From: Deltaproteobacteria bacterium
GTDB taxonomy: Bacteria; Desulfobacterota; BSN033; UBA1163
Reading direction: 5' to 3'
DNA length: 41,861 nt
NCBI GenBank assembly: GCA_037440525.1
Contig: JBBITW010000005.1
Span: 1-41,861, forward strand
The notes beneath the pieces are model-generated. The model worked only from the letters and a program-made list of their open reading frames with translations. It searched no databases and was not told where the DNA came from. The position numbers and the translations under genes are program-made. This document shows positions 9,213-18,685 of the stretch, in pieces; the first letter of the stretch is position 1, and each line of letters begins with the position of its first letter.

Positions 9213-10175
9213 TTAATTTTCTAAGGAATCTCTTTTTAGGTAATGGTCTTTGATCTTCTGATCAATTTGAAGAGCTACTTCTAAGGCCCTTTTCCCATCC
9301 TCTGCGGAGACCTTTACATTCTTTCGATCCCTAACACTCCTGAGAAAAGAGTGGATTTCGGCCATCAGAAGATCAACCTTCTTAACAGGGATCTCACCTA
9401 TGAGTTCATCCTTTTTCTCTTCTATTTCGTTTGTCCCCTTTTTTGAGTGGAAGGCCTTCTGAGAAAGATAATCTATAAAGAGGGTTTCGTTCAGTTGGGA
9501 GATCAGGGTTTTTCTAATCTTATTTTTTGATACCCTGCTGGCAGTTAAATTTGCCGTGCATCCATTCTCAAACTCAATTCTCGCATTGGCAACATCGAAA
9601 TTGCTTGTGATAACGGGAATACCTGTGGCGCTAAACCCCTTAACCTTTGATTTTACAAGATTTAATATGATATCGATATCGTGGATCATCATGTCCAGAA
9701 CAACACTCACATCTGTTTCTCTTCCAGAGAATGGACTTAATCGATGGGAGTCGATCAGGATTGGATCCTTTATCATCCCTTCAAGGGCTAAAAGGGCCCC
9801 ATTGAATCGTTCCAGGTGGCCAACCTGCAATATCAAGCCTTCCCTTTGGGCAAGCTGAATCAGTTCATCAGCCTCTTCAATTGTGCTTGATATAGGCTTT
9901 TCTAAGAGGACATCTATTCCGTTTAGAAGAAAATCCTTTGCGATTGTATAATGAGATGGTGTGGGTGTAACTATACTTACAGCTGAAACCTTATCAAGGA
10001 TATCAAGATGGCTTGAGAAGGCCTCTATATCATATCTTTTAGCGATATCATTTGCACGCAGAGGATTTATATCCACAACCCCGACCAAATCCACTTCCTC
10101 CATTCTGGAATATTTCTCTACATGGAACTGGCCAAAGTAACCAACACCTATAACGCCCACCTTGATCTTATCCAC
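9213..10175 (-). CDS. Gfo/Idh/MocA family NAD-dependent oxidoreductase, in a GnnA-like position
   Basis: Rossmann N-terminus KVGVIGVGYFG and an EKP motif (LLEKPIS). GTG start directly abuts the lpxA stop. It lies between lpxA and lpxB. Confidence 0.8.
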   Translation of the reverse strand: MDKIKVGVIGVGYFGQFHVEKYSRMEEVDLVGVVDINPLRANDIAKRYDIEAFSSHLDILDKVSAVSIVTPTPSHYTIAKDFLLNGIDVLLEKPISSTIEEADELIQLAQREGLILQVGHLERFNGALLALEGMIKDPILIDSHRLSPFSGRETDVSVVLDMMIHDIDIILNLVKSKVKGFSATGIPVITSNFDVANARIEFENGCTANLTASRVSKNKIRKTLISQLNETLFIDYLSQKAFHSKKGTNEIEEKKDELIGEIPVKKVDLLMAEIHSFLRSVRDRKNVKVSAEDGKRALEVALQIDQKIKDHYLKRDSLEN

Positions 10176-10949
10176 TTATCGACTTATCCCCCTCTTCGTA
10201 TGTTGAATGAAGTTTAGAAGATGCCGAACCTCATTTGTTTGAAATATATCATCCTCCATAACCTTTTTGATCGCCCTTTCAAGTGTCATGCCTGAACGGA
10301 ATATGATTCGGTATGCCTTTTTTAGAGCCCTAATGGTTTCTTCATTGAATTGGTGGCGTTTAAGACCAACAGTGTTTAGACCAAAAAGCTTTGCACGATT
10401 TCCCGCTGCCAGCATAAAGGGAGGAATATCCAGTGTTACACCTGTAAGGCCACTGATAAAGGCATGTGTGCCAATCCTGCAGAATTGATGAACTGCAGAA
10501 AGACCACCAATAATAGCATAATCCTCGATTAATATGTGGCCTGCGAGGGTTGCTCCATTGGCAAGGACAACCTGATTTCCAATCCGGCAGTCGTGAGCCA
10601 CATGGGAATAGGCCATAAAGAAATTATTATTTCCGATGATGGTTTTTCCCCCTCCCTTTGCAGTACCTCTGTGGAGGGTAACAAACTCCCTGATAATATT
10701 TTCATCCCCTATTGAGATGGATGTCTTTTCTCCTTTAAAGGCAAGGGCCTGCGGGATTTCGCCAATTGAAGCAAATTGGAATATCTGACATCTCTTACCA
10801 ATTTTTGTTCCCTCCCGAATCACCACATGGGGTCCGATAACAGTTCCATTACCAATGCAGACATCCCTTTCAATTACACAGTAGGGTCCAATTTCAACTC
10901 CCTCGCCAATATCAGCTTTTGGATCTACTATGGCTGTTTGATGGATCAT
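10176..10949 (-). CDS. lpxA: Acyl-ACP--UDP-N-acetylglucosamine O-acyltransferase
   Basis: MIHQTAIVDPKA start, left-handed beta-helix hexapeptide repeats and a C-terminal helical domain. There is an ATGA overlap with fabZ. Confidence 0.9.
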   Translation of the reverse strand: MIHQTAIVDPKADIGEGVEIGPYCVIERDVCIGNGTVIGPHVVIREGTKIGKRCQIFQFASIGEIPQALAFKGEKTSISIGDENIIREFVTLHRGTAKGGGKTIIGNNNFFMAYSHVAHDCRIGNQVVLANGATLAGHILIEDYAIIGGLSAVHQFCRIGTHAFISGLTGVTLDIPPFMLAAGNRAKLFGLNTVGLKRHQFNEETIRALKKAYRIIFRSGMTLERAIKKVMEDDIFQTNEVRHLLNFIQHTKRGISR

Positions 10950-11383
10950 TTCTCATCTCCCATCATTGCGAGGAGATCGGCTTCAGCAACCAGCTTCCCA
11001 TCAACAAAGGCCTTTCCACTAAATCCCCATATAGATTGCCTATGTCGTGTAACCTCCAATTCGAGGCGTAATTGATCTCCTGGGGTAACAGGTTTTCTGA
11101 AACGGACATTGTCCATTCCGAGGAAATAGACAGGCCTTTTCTGTTTCTCTTCTTCCATCGATTTAAAGGCAAGGACACCTGCTGCCTGAGCCATAGCCTC
11201 TACGATAAGAACCCCTGGCATGATGGGTCGACCTGGAAAATGGCCAGGAAAGAATGGTTCATTGTAAGTTACATTTTTTATTCCTATAATACGTTTACCA
11301 GGGTCTATCTCAATTATCCGGTCAACAAGAAGGAAGGGATAGGCATGAGGAAGAATTGATATTATTTCCTTTATATCTATCAT
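10946..11383 (-). CDS. fabZ: 3-hydroxyacyl-ACP dehydratase
   Basis: LPHAYPFLLVDRI and FFPGHFPG.PIMPGVLIVEAMAQ motifs. Confidence 0.92.
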   Translation of the reverse strand: MIDIKEIISILPHAYPFLLVDRIIEIDPGKRIIGIKNVTYNEPFFPGHFPGRPIMPGVLIVEAMAQAAGVLAFKSMEEEKQKRPVYFLGMDNVRFRKPVTPGDQLRLELEVTRHRQSIWGFSGKAFVDGKLVAEADLLAMMGDEK

Positions 11384-11386
11384 CTT

Positions 11387-12433
11387 CTATTTCTCCTTTT
11401 CTTTCAAAGAGATGATCTCTTCTATCTTCCTTAAGCGTCTTTCCATCTGAATGAGGGCCTTTCTCATTTCTGGCACTTTTGGCAGTGTAATGGCCATTCT
11501 TAGGAAGTCGTGATGATTTATGGCAGGGGAGCCTGTATATTCACCATTGGCCTTCAAATCCTGGGCAACGCCTGATTGGGCCCCCACCCTAACATTATCG
11601 CCAATCTCAATATGATCCCTCAATCCTACCTGTCCTCCCAAGGTTACATTCTTCCCAACCTTTGTGGAACCAGCAATTCCAACCTGGGCCACAATGATCG
11701 AATCCTCTCCCACTTCAACATTATGGGCTACTACAACGAGATTATCTATCTTTACCCCACTGTGGATGATAGTTTTCCCCATGGTTGCACGATCAATTGT
11801 TGTATTGGCACCGATCTCTACATCATCTTCAATGATTACAACCCCTACCTGAGGTATCTTCACATTCTTTCTTCCATCCTTCACATATCCAAATCCATCA
11901 GCACCTATCACAGCGCCACTATGGATGATCACACGACTTCCAATCACTGTCTTGGGATAGATTGAAACATTTGGATAGAGGATAGAATCATCTCCAACAA
12001 CTGAATCCTCACCCAGATATACCCCGGGAAAGATGGATACCCGATCTCCAATAATGCATCCCTCCCCGATATAGGCGTATGGATATATGGAGATGTCCTT
12101 ACCTAACTTTGCGGTTTTACTAACCCAGGCATTAGGGTCAATTCCCATTGGCTTTCGGGTTTTTTGGGAGAAAAGAGTCAGGATTTTAACAAAGGCAAGA
12201 TAGGGATCTTTTACCCTTAGCAGAGGCTTATTTGCACTAATAATCTCTTTTGAGACAATCACAGAAGAGGCATTTGTCTCGTTAAGTTTTGAGAGATACC
12301 TCGAATTTGCAATGAAGGTTATCTCCCCCGGTTTTGCAATTTCAATTGGGGCAACTCCGGAGATTTCCGTATCTTCATCCCCAAAAACTTCTCCGTCTAC
12401 TAAAATGGCTAAATCTTTCAGTCTCTTTTTCAT
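11387..12433 (-). CDS. lpxD: UDP-3-O-acylglucosamine N-acyltransferase
   Basis: N-terminal LpxD domain followed by a long run of hexapeptide repeats. Gene order is skp-lpxD-fabZ-lpxA. Confidence 0.9.
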   Translation of the reverse strand: MKKRLKDLAILVDGEVFGDEDTEISGVAPIEIAKPGEITFIANSRYLSKLNETNASSVIVSKEIISANKPLLRVKDPYLAFVKILTLFSQKTRKPMGIDPNAWVSKTAKLGKDISIYPYAYIGEGCIIGDRVSIFPGVYLGEDSVVGDDSILYPNVSIYPKTVIGSRVIIHSGAVIGADGFGYVKDGRKNVKIPQVGVVIIEDDVEIGANTTIDRATMGKTIIHSGVKIDNLVVVAHNVEVGEDSIIVAQVGIAGSTKVGKNVTLGGQVGLRDHIEIGDNVRVGAQSGVAQDLKANGEYTGSPAINHHDFLRMAITLPKVPEMRKALIQMERRLRKIEEIISLKEKEK

Positions 12434-12465
12434 TCTTTTTTAATGACTTGCGTCTTATTCTAATT

Positions 12466-12993
12466 TCACCTCTTTTGACTATCATAAAGTCTGATGACCT
12501 TATCAGTTAGATCGATTGACTTTGAGGCGAAAAGTACAATGGTCTCGTTCTTTTCCACAATAAGTGTGTATCCTTCTTCTGTTCCAACCTTTTGTATAAT
12601 CTTCTGAAGGCCGATGGAGATGGTCCTTTCAATCTCCATCCTTTTCTGATTCAATTCGTTCTGGTTATCCTCTACCCATCTCTGGAACTCCCGGCCCTTG
12701 GCTTGAAGCTCTTTCTCCTTTGTAGCCCTTGCCTCAGGGGTGAGCATTGGAGCCTGTTTCTCGATTGTGTCCTTCATTGTTTGTAGTTCCTTTTGCTTAT
12801 CTAAATAGAGACGTTGGAATTTCTCCAGCTCCTTGGCAATCGATTTCTTTGCCTCCTTTCCTGCATTACATTCATTCACAGCCTTCTGAATATCCACGTA
12901 GCCAATCTTTATCTCTGCAGATAAAACTGATTCAAGATAACCTCCCATGAGGATGACCATCCCGATAATGATAATTTTCTTTCTTAGGTTCAT
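12466..12993 (-). CDS. skp: OmpH/Skp family periplasmic chaperone
   Basis: Signal peptide, KIGYVDIQKA, and a long E/K/Q-rich coiled-coil. It lies between bamA and lpxD. Confidence 0.8.
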   Translation of the reverse strand: MNLRKKIIIIGMVILMGGYLESVLSAEIKIGYVDIQKAVNECNAGKEAKKSIAKELEKFQRLYLDKQKELQTMKDTIEKQAPMLTPEARATKEKELQAKGREFQRWVEDNQNELNQKRMEIERTISIGLQKIIQKVGTEEGYTLIVEKNETIVLFASKSIDLTDKVIRLYDSQKR

Positions 12994-13040
12994 TTCCCTG
13001 CTCCTTAATAAAAAATTTGGTTCTTCTCCAATTTCATTTC

Positions 13041-13082
13041 CAAAAAGGATTCTCCGACAGAATCGGATCCGCCTCTGGCGGA
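13041..13082 (-). terminator. Candidate terminator or attenuator hairpins in the bamA-skp spacer
   Basis: On the minus strand, hairpin 13047-13070 (GGAT..CCGA / TCGG..ATCC, 8 bp with a bulge) is followed by TTTTT (13042-13046). A GC-rich hairpin TCCGCC/GGCGGA at 13068-13082 shares 3 nt with it. The stems are weak. Confidence 0.25.
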
Positions 13083-13157
13083 AAGGATTTTAGGATTCAA
13101 GGGTTCAGGTATTTATTTTCTTCATCCTTTTTTTTCTTGAATCCTTGACCCCTTGAA

Positions 13158-15437
13158 TCAATATACTGTTCCTGCCATGAAATCTATCACCTTACCCTTC
13201 TCTCCACGCCTTGGATTCAAGTTAAACCCTATATCTATATGGATTGGGCCAAAAGGGGAAAACCATCGTATCCCCACCCCGGCCCCTGTTCTAAGGGGAG
13301 TGATATCGCTTAATTTATCAAACCCCTTTCCTATATCCCAGAAGATAGCTCCTCTTAGTCCAATATCTCTGGCAAGGGGGAAGATTAATTCGGAGTTGAA
13401 TGCTATCATCTTCTCTGCACCAAGGGGTTCCTTGTTTTCATCAAATGGGCCTGCCATACCAAACTCGAAACCCCTTAATGTTTGTAACCCACCAACAAAG
13501 AATTTTTCGTATATAGGAGCCTTCCTTCCACTATAGGGTTCAATGAATCCTGCCTTTGCACGAAGGTTAAGAACAGTACTCAGGGGTAATGGGAAGAACC
13601 AGCTTGTATCTCCTGAGACCTTAACATAGTAGTTATCCCCGCCCAGCACTCCACCTGCATTCTGAATTGAGATACTGTGACGGGATCCACGGGTTGGATT
13701 GAAGTAATCGTCCCTCGTGTCCAAGGAAAAGGAAAGGGAGATTGCACTCGTGAGTTTTTTCCCAGCCTGTTCTTTAATGAATCGAGAGGCATCGTCCGCG
13801 ATATCTGAGACATCTATCTTTTCAAGCTTGTACATTGCATCAGCGCGTAGATTTTCCGTCAGCTCCTTCCCAAACCGAATATCTCCACCAGTAATCTTAT
13901 AAGAATAGGTATCGAAGTCCCTATTCTCATTATAGAGGTCAATTCCAGCAGCATATGGATATCCCATAAAATAAGGATCAGTAAAACCAAATCTTAGATC
14001 ACGTGTATCAGGGCCAAGCCTGAATTTTAAGACCCCACTATAACCCATACCGAAGAGATTACGATCTGATATAGATGCAGATCCCACTACCTTTTCGATA
14101 GAACTGTAACCAATTCCAAAACTGAGGGCCCCTGTTGGAGCCTCCTCCACTTTTATATCGAGATTTATCTTTTCATCCGTACTCCCCCGACTTGTGGTAA
14201 AATCTACCTCTTTGAAGAATCCTGTCCTCTTAAGCCTATCCCGGCTCTTATTCATCCCTGTAGCATTATAAAGCTCTCCTTCAGCAATCAAGAGCTCCCG
14301 TCGAATTACCTTGTCACGGGTCTTTGTGTTTCCAGAGATTTGAATCTTTTCATATGAGACCTGTTTCTTCTTTTCTATCTCAAAGGTAATATGCACAATA
14401 AGGTTTTTTGAATCTGTGTTTGTTAAAGGTGAGATATCTACATAGGCATAACCCTGGTTTGCAAACTTCTCTGTCAAGGCATTGATATCCCTTCTTATAG
14501 CAGAGTTGCTGTAAATATCATTTCTTTTAATCTTGATGGTTCTGAAGAGGTCCTCCTTAGTGGTCAGGATATCTCCTTTGAAATCGATATCTCCGAAGTG
14601 ATATTGGGGTCCCTCTTCGATCTCGATTTCTATTTTAATCCTTTTTGGGTCACCAAGGTCAATCTTGGGTTCCGAGATCTTCACATCAAGATAGCCATGA
14701 TCATAATAATAGGCAGTGAGGAGCTGAATATCATTTTTAAGGATGTCCTCATCAAGGATACCTGTCTTTGTGATGATAGAAAAGATGTTCCATTTTTTTG
14801 TCATCATTACCTTTCGTAGGTTGGAAGACTTGATATTTTTGTTTCCCTTGAAATTTATACTTTTTATTCTGCCCTTTGGACCTTCTGTGATATTAAACTT
14901 CACAATAGCCTCATTTGTCTCAAGATATTCAACACTATGTTCAACTTTAATTCCATAGTAGCCTTTTGAAAAATAGAGCTTACGAATCTGTTCAGCACTC
15001 TCTTTCACCTTTTCAAGATTCAAAATAGAACGGACCGAGATGGTAAGCTTCTCCTTTATATCATCAAGTTTCACCTTCTCATTTCCTGTTACTAAAACCT
15101 CCTTGATTGATGGCCTTTCTAAGACAATAAATATCACCTCCTTGCCCTTTGGGGTAGATTTTATATCCACCTGGATATCTGAAAAATATCCCAGGGCAAA
15201 GATGGCCTTAAGATCTTCGCGCACACGCTCAATTGAGAATGGAGTGCCCTCTCTGCTCTTTATCGCATTTCTTATAACACCTTCTTCTATCTTTACATTT
15301 CCTATGACAGTGATTTTATCTATGACTTCCTCTTCTCCTGAAGATATTCCGGAAAGAATGAATATAAAGAGAAATATAAAAAGGTTTCTCAGAAAAGCTC
15401 TAATACCCCTTGTGATCACTTGATGAAAATGGTTCAT
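13158..15437 (-). CDS. bamA: Outer membrane protein assembly factor BamA
   Basis: Signal peptide, about five POTRA-like repeats (I..I.V.GN..) and a C-terminal Omp85 barrel ending GFNLNPRRGEKGKVIDFMAGTVY. Confidence 0.9.
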   Translation of the reverse strand: MNHFHQVITRGIRAFLRNLFIFLFIFILSGISSGEEEVIDKITVIGNVKIEEGVIRNAIKSREGTPFSIERVREDLKAIFALGYFSDIQVDIKSTPKGKEVIFIVLERPSIKEVLVTGNEKVKLDDIKEKLTISVRSILNLEKVKESAEQIRKLYFSKGYYGIKVEHSVEYLETNEAIVKFNITEGPKGRIKSINFKGNKNIKSSNLRKVMMTKKWNIFSIITKTGILDEDILKNDIQLLTAYYYDHGYLDVKISEPKIDLGDPKRIKIEIEIEEGPQYHFGDIDFKGDILTTKEDLFRTIKIKRNDIYSNSAIRRDINALTEKFANQGYAYVDISPLTNTDSKNLIVHITFEIEKKKQVSYEKIQISGNTKTRDKVIRRELLIAEGELYNATGMNKSRDRLKRTGFFKEVDFTTSRGSTDEKINLDIKVEEAPTGALSFGIGYSSIEKVVGSASISDRNLFGMGYSGVLKFRLGPDTRDLRFGFTDPYFMGYPYAAGIDLYNENRDFDTYSYKITGGDIRFGKELTENLRADAMYKLEKIDVSDIADDASRFIKEQAGKKLTSAISLSFSLDTRDDYFNPTRGSRHSISIQNAGGVLGGDNYYVKVSGDTSWFFPLPLSTVLNLRAKAGFIEPYSGRKAPIYEKFFVGGLQTLRGFEFGMAGPFDENKEPLGAEKMIAFNSELIFPLARDIGLRGAIFWDIGKGFDKLSDITPLRTGAGVGIRWFSPFGPIHIDIGFNLNPRRGEKGKVIDFMAGTVY

Positions 15438-15553
15438 ATTAGTTGCCCTTATCAGGAAATGTTAATATAAAAGGTTATCTTAAATTTAAATTTCATAACA
15501 AATCCTCAACGTTTTGTAAAGTTAGCTTAAATCATTTTAATACCATGCCATTT

Positions 15554-16252
15554 TTACCCATATTTTGGTTCATGATTAGACTCTATTGCTTTCCCTTCTA
15601 CCAGTTGGATCTGGCGGGGCAATCGTGAGGCAAGTCTTAAATTGTGTGTTACCATTATGAGGGTTATACCCTTCAGTTGATTTAGTTCCTGCAGTAGCTC
15701 AAATATTGACTCACCGGTCTTTTGATCCAGGTTTCCAGTTGGTTCGTCAGCCAAAAGGATCTTAGGTTCCAAAACCAGGGCCCTTGCCACAGCAACCCTC
15801 TGCTGTTCTCCACCCGAAAGTTCACCTGGTTTATGGGAGAGACGTTCTTTAAGTCCAACCAGATGAAGAATGACCTCAGCTCTGTATATGGCCTCCTTTT
15901 TGGAAAGACCCTGGATGAGACATGGCATCATTGTGTTTTCCAGTGCATTGAATTCAGGTAAAAGATGATGAAATTGAAAGACAAATCCGATCTCACGATT
16001 CCTGAAGCTGGCCAGTTCATCCTCATCCATTTTGAATATATCCTTTCCTTCAAAAAGGACCTTTCCCGAAGTTGGTCGGTCTATGGTTCCTAAGATGTGA
16101 AGCAGGGTTGTTTTACCCACCCCAGAAGCCCCTACAATGGCTACCTTTTCTCCCTGATAAAACGTGAGATCAATACCTCTTAGCACATTCACCCTTTTTT
16201 CGCCGTTTCCAAAAGATTTGAATAGATTTTCAACTCGGATCAATTCTTTCAA
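15554..16252 (-). CDS. lolD: Lipoprotein-releasing ABC transporter ATP-binding protein
   Basis: Walker [10 protein letters not shown], signature [15 protein letters not shown] and Walker [15 protein letters not shown] start overlaps the upstream stop (TTGA), with AGAGG 7 nt upstream. Confidence 0.85.
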   Translation of the reverse strand: MKELIRVENLFKSFGNGEKRVNVLRGIDLTFYQGEKVAIVGASGVGKTTLLHILGTIDRPTSGKVLFEGKDIFKMDEDELASFRNREIGFVFQFHHLLPEFNALENTMMPCLIQGLSKKEAIYRAEVILHLVGLKERLSHKPGELSGGEQQRVAVARALVLEPKILLADEPTGNLDQKTGESIFELLQELNQLKGITLIMVTHNLRLASRLPRQIQLVEGKAIESNHEPKYG

Positions 16253-17430
16253 ACCATAGCCTCTCTTGCCTTTTGGACCTCTTTCTGTGAAAGGACCTCT
16301 CCAATACGTGCAATACGTCTCGAGGAGAGGTCTTTTACATGGGATCGAAACTTTGGATATTTTTGAATTATTGCTTCAAAATCTTCTTTGGTTAGCTCAA
16401 GTAGTTCAGTTGTCTGGGTCGTTTTAGCTTGGGTCATTCGAGGACGGTTTAATATGAGAGAAAGCTCACCAAAAAAATTCCCACTTCTCTGTACATCAAG
16501 TAGAATCTTTTGTCCCAAGGGATTTTCTGTATATATCTCAACCTCTCCACTTTTTATCATGTAAAGGGAATTGGGAGGATCTCCGATCCTGAACAAGGTC
16601 GTTTCAGGAGGAATCCTTAGGAGTCGGAATCTCTTAAAGACTTCCTCTCTTTCTTGAAAATTGAGTTTTGAAAATAAGGGTGAGAGGGCAAGAAATAGAT
16701 CCAGTACCCTTTTTTTGAAAAGGTTTTGTAATACCTCTTTTATACGAGGATGGTCTTTAAGAATCTTTTCCAATTCATCCCTGGAGATTTCAAGGATTTC
16801 ACATTCTGTTACTGCCTTTACATTTGCATGCCTTCTCTGGTCAATGAAGAAGCCAAACTCCCCGAAGAATTCCCCCTCCCGAAGATTACGAATCCATATA
16901 TCCTTACCTTCGGGGTTTTTCTTAGATATTGCAACCTCTCCCCTGATAATAATCATCAAAGAGTTACCATTCTCCCCTTCTTTGCATATAAATGAATCCT
17001 TTGGAAAGATCTTAGTCTCAACACGCTCAAGAAGCGATTTGAGTTCTGCCTTATTGAGATCGGAGAATAGGGGAATAGGTGGAAGATAGCGAGAAGATTT
17101 CTCTTCACGGGCCTTCTCTATGTAGAGCTGTGAGATACGCTCACTAACTTCTTTGGCCTCTGGATCTACCCTGAGGATCATCTTTTGGATAGAGATTGCT
17201 TGAAGAAGAAAACCATCCTGTGCATAAGCCTCTGAGACCTCCTTATAGACTTTTATAGCCTCCTTCTTTTTCCCTAATTTCAAGAGCAGTTCAGCAACTT
17301 TCAGTTTTGAACGGAGGTCCTGGGGATTCTCATCACAATGTCTTTTAAAATTTTCAAGGGCCTTTCCCAAATCACCCCTTGATAATGCCTCCTGAGCCTT
17401 TTCTTTATAATTAATCTTCTCCTTATTCAT
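16249..17430 (-). CDS. TPR plus tandem cyclic-nucleotide-binding domain protein
   Basis: N-terminal TPR-like helices (residues 1 to about 110). Two CAP_ED-type domains follow, with FGEFGFF....RHANVKA and [17 protein letters not shown]. Its ATG overlaps the lolC/E stop by 8 nt and its stop overlaps the lolD start. Confidence 0.8.
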   Translation of the reverse strand: MNKEKINYKEKAQEALSRGDLGKALENFKRHCDENPQDLRSKLKVAELLLKLGKKKEAIKVYKEVSEAYAQDGFLLQAISIQKMILRVDPEAKEVSERISQLYIEKAREEKSSRYLPPIPLFSDLNKAELKSLLERVETKIFPKDSFICKEGENGNSLMIIIRGEVAISKKNPEGKDIWIRNLREGEFFGEFGFFIDQRRHANVKAVTECEILEISRDELEKILKDHPRIKEVLQNLFKKRVLDLFLALSPLFSKLNFQEREEVFKRFRLLRIPPETTLFRIGDPPNSLYMIKSGEVEIYTENPLGQKILLDVQRSGNFFGELSLILNRPRMTQAKTTQTTELLELTKEDFEAIIQKYPKFRSHVKDLSSRRIARIGEVLSQKEVQKAREAMV

Positions 17431-18679
17431 AACGTAGTGCCTCTGCTGGATCGAGCTTAGAAGCCCTCCATGAGGGGTAGAGTGTGGCCAGAAGACTTAT
17501 TCCCATAGCAGTAATAGCAATAAGGACTACATCGAGGGGATTTACCTGTGATGGAAGTTTATCTATATAATATACATCACTTCTAAGAATCTTAAATCCA
17601 AAGAGATTCTCAATAAACAGTGTCACCGCCTCAAGATTGAGTGCTATCATGAGACCTGCTATCGTTCCGAGGATTGTCCCGAAAAGACCTATAATACCCC
17701 CTTCTATGATAAATATCTTCAGGATTCCTTTTGAAGTTGCACCCATAGATTTAAGGATGGCAATATCTTTATTCTTCTCCATAACCACCATAATTAGGGT
17801 TGAAATGATATTGAAGGCCGCAACCAGGACTATCAGGACAAGGATAATAAACATGGCAATCTTCTCCAATTTAAGGGCAGTAAAGAGATTTCTGTTCATC
17901 TCCATCCAGTCCTTTGTCCAGAAAGAGAGTCCCATCTTATTGCGTATCTCTTTTGCAATCTCTTTTACATTATATATATCATTTGTCTTAATCTCAATCC
18001 CTGTTACAAGGTCTCCCATAGAGAAGAATTTCTGTGCACTCTTGAGTGAAATATATGCCATAGTATTATCATATTCAAACATCCCTGAATAGAAGATTCC
18101 CTTTACACGAAAGCGTTTCATTTTCGGCATCATACCCATGGGGGTCATTGTGCCAAGAGGAGAGATCACCTGTATGGGATCATTTATGGAAACCGAGAGG
18201 TGTTTGGCAAGTTCAACCCCGAGGATTATCCCTGGAGTTTCACCCTCATGATCAATCTTTAAGTCTTCGATGTGACCTATTTTTAAATTTTTTTTCAATT
18301 CCGTAACCTCTCCCACGTGGTCAGGGTCGATTCCCTTTAGAACCACCCCTGAAACTCCTGCATCTGATGAGAGCATAACCTGACTGAATATGAAAGGTGA
18401 AGCCGATACAATCCCCTTTACATCTTTGAGTCTTTCTAAAACTTCACCATAACGGTCCATTCCTCGCTCGGTGGCCTTGAGAAGAACAATATGGGCTTGT
18501 GTTCCCAGTATCTTCTCCTTAAGGGTCTTCTCAAAACCGCTCATAACAGAAAGCACTACAATCAGTGCCATGACCCCCACCATAACCCCTACAATAGAGA
18601 TAATGGTTATGATGGAGATGAATGTCTGTTTCCGTTTTGCCTTTAGATACCTTAAACCAATAAAAGATTCGTATCCCAT
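17423..18679 (-). CDS. Lipoprotein-releasing ABC transporter permease (LolC/LolE family)
   Basis: N-terminus FIGLRYLKAKRKQ.FIS, a large periplasmic loop, a C-terminal FtsX-type 3-TM bundle and the ending DPAEALRYE. Confidence 0.85.
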   Translation of the reverse strand: MGYESFIGLRYLKAKRKQTFISIITIISIVGVMVGVMALIVVLSVMSGFEKTLKEKILGTQAHIVLLKATERGMDRYGEVLERLKDVKGIVSASPFIFSQVMLSSDAGVSGVVLKGIDPDHVGEVTELKKNLKIGHIEDLKIDHEGETPGIILGVELAKHLSVSINDPIQVISPLGTMTPMGMMPKMKRFRVKGIFYSGMFEYDNTMAYISLKSAQKFFSMGDLVTGIEIKTNDIYNVKEIAKEIRNKMGLSFWTKDWMEMNRNLFTALKLEKIAMFIILVLIVLVAAFNIISTLIMVVMEKNKDIAILKSMGATSKGILKIFIIEGGIIGLFGTILGTIAGLMIALNLEAVTLFIENLFGFKILRSDVYYIDKLPSQVNPLDVVLIAITAMGISLLATLYPSWRASKLDPAEALRYE

Positions 18680-18685
18680 TGAGTC

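Noticed and set aside
11576-11965. 129-aa and 62-aa plus-strand ORFs inside lpxD, and similar antisense ORFs throughout the track (for example 13153-13536, 16661-17089, 17637-18092 and 33244-33537)
   Set aside because: Each lies opposite or out of frame within a longer ORF that has clear family motifs. This is typical of shadow ORFs, especially across hexapeptide-repeat and membrane-protein genes.
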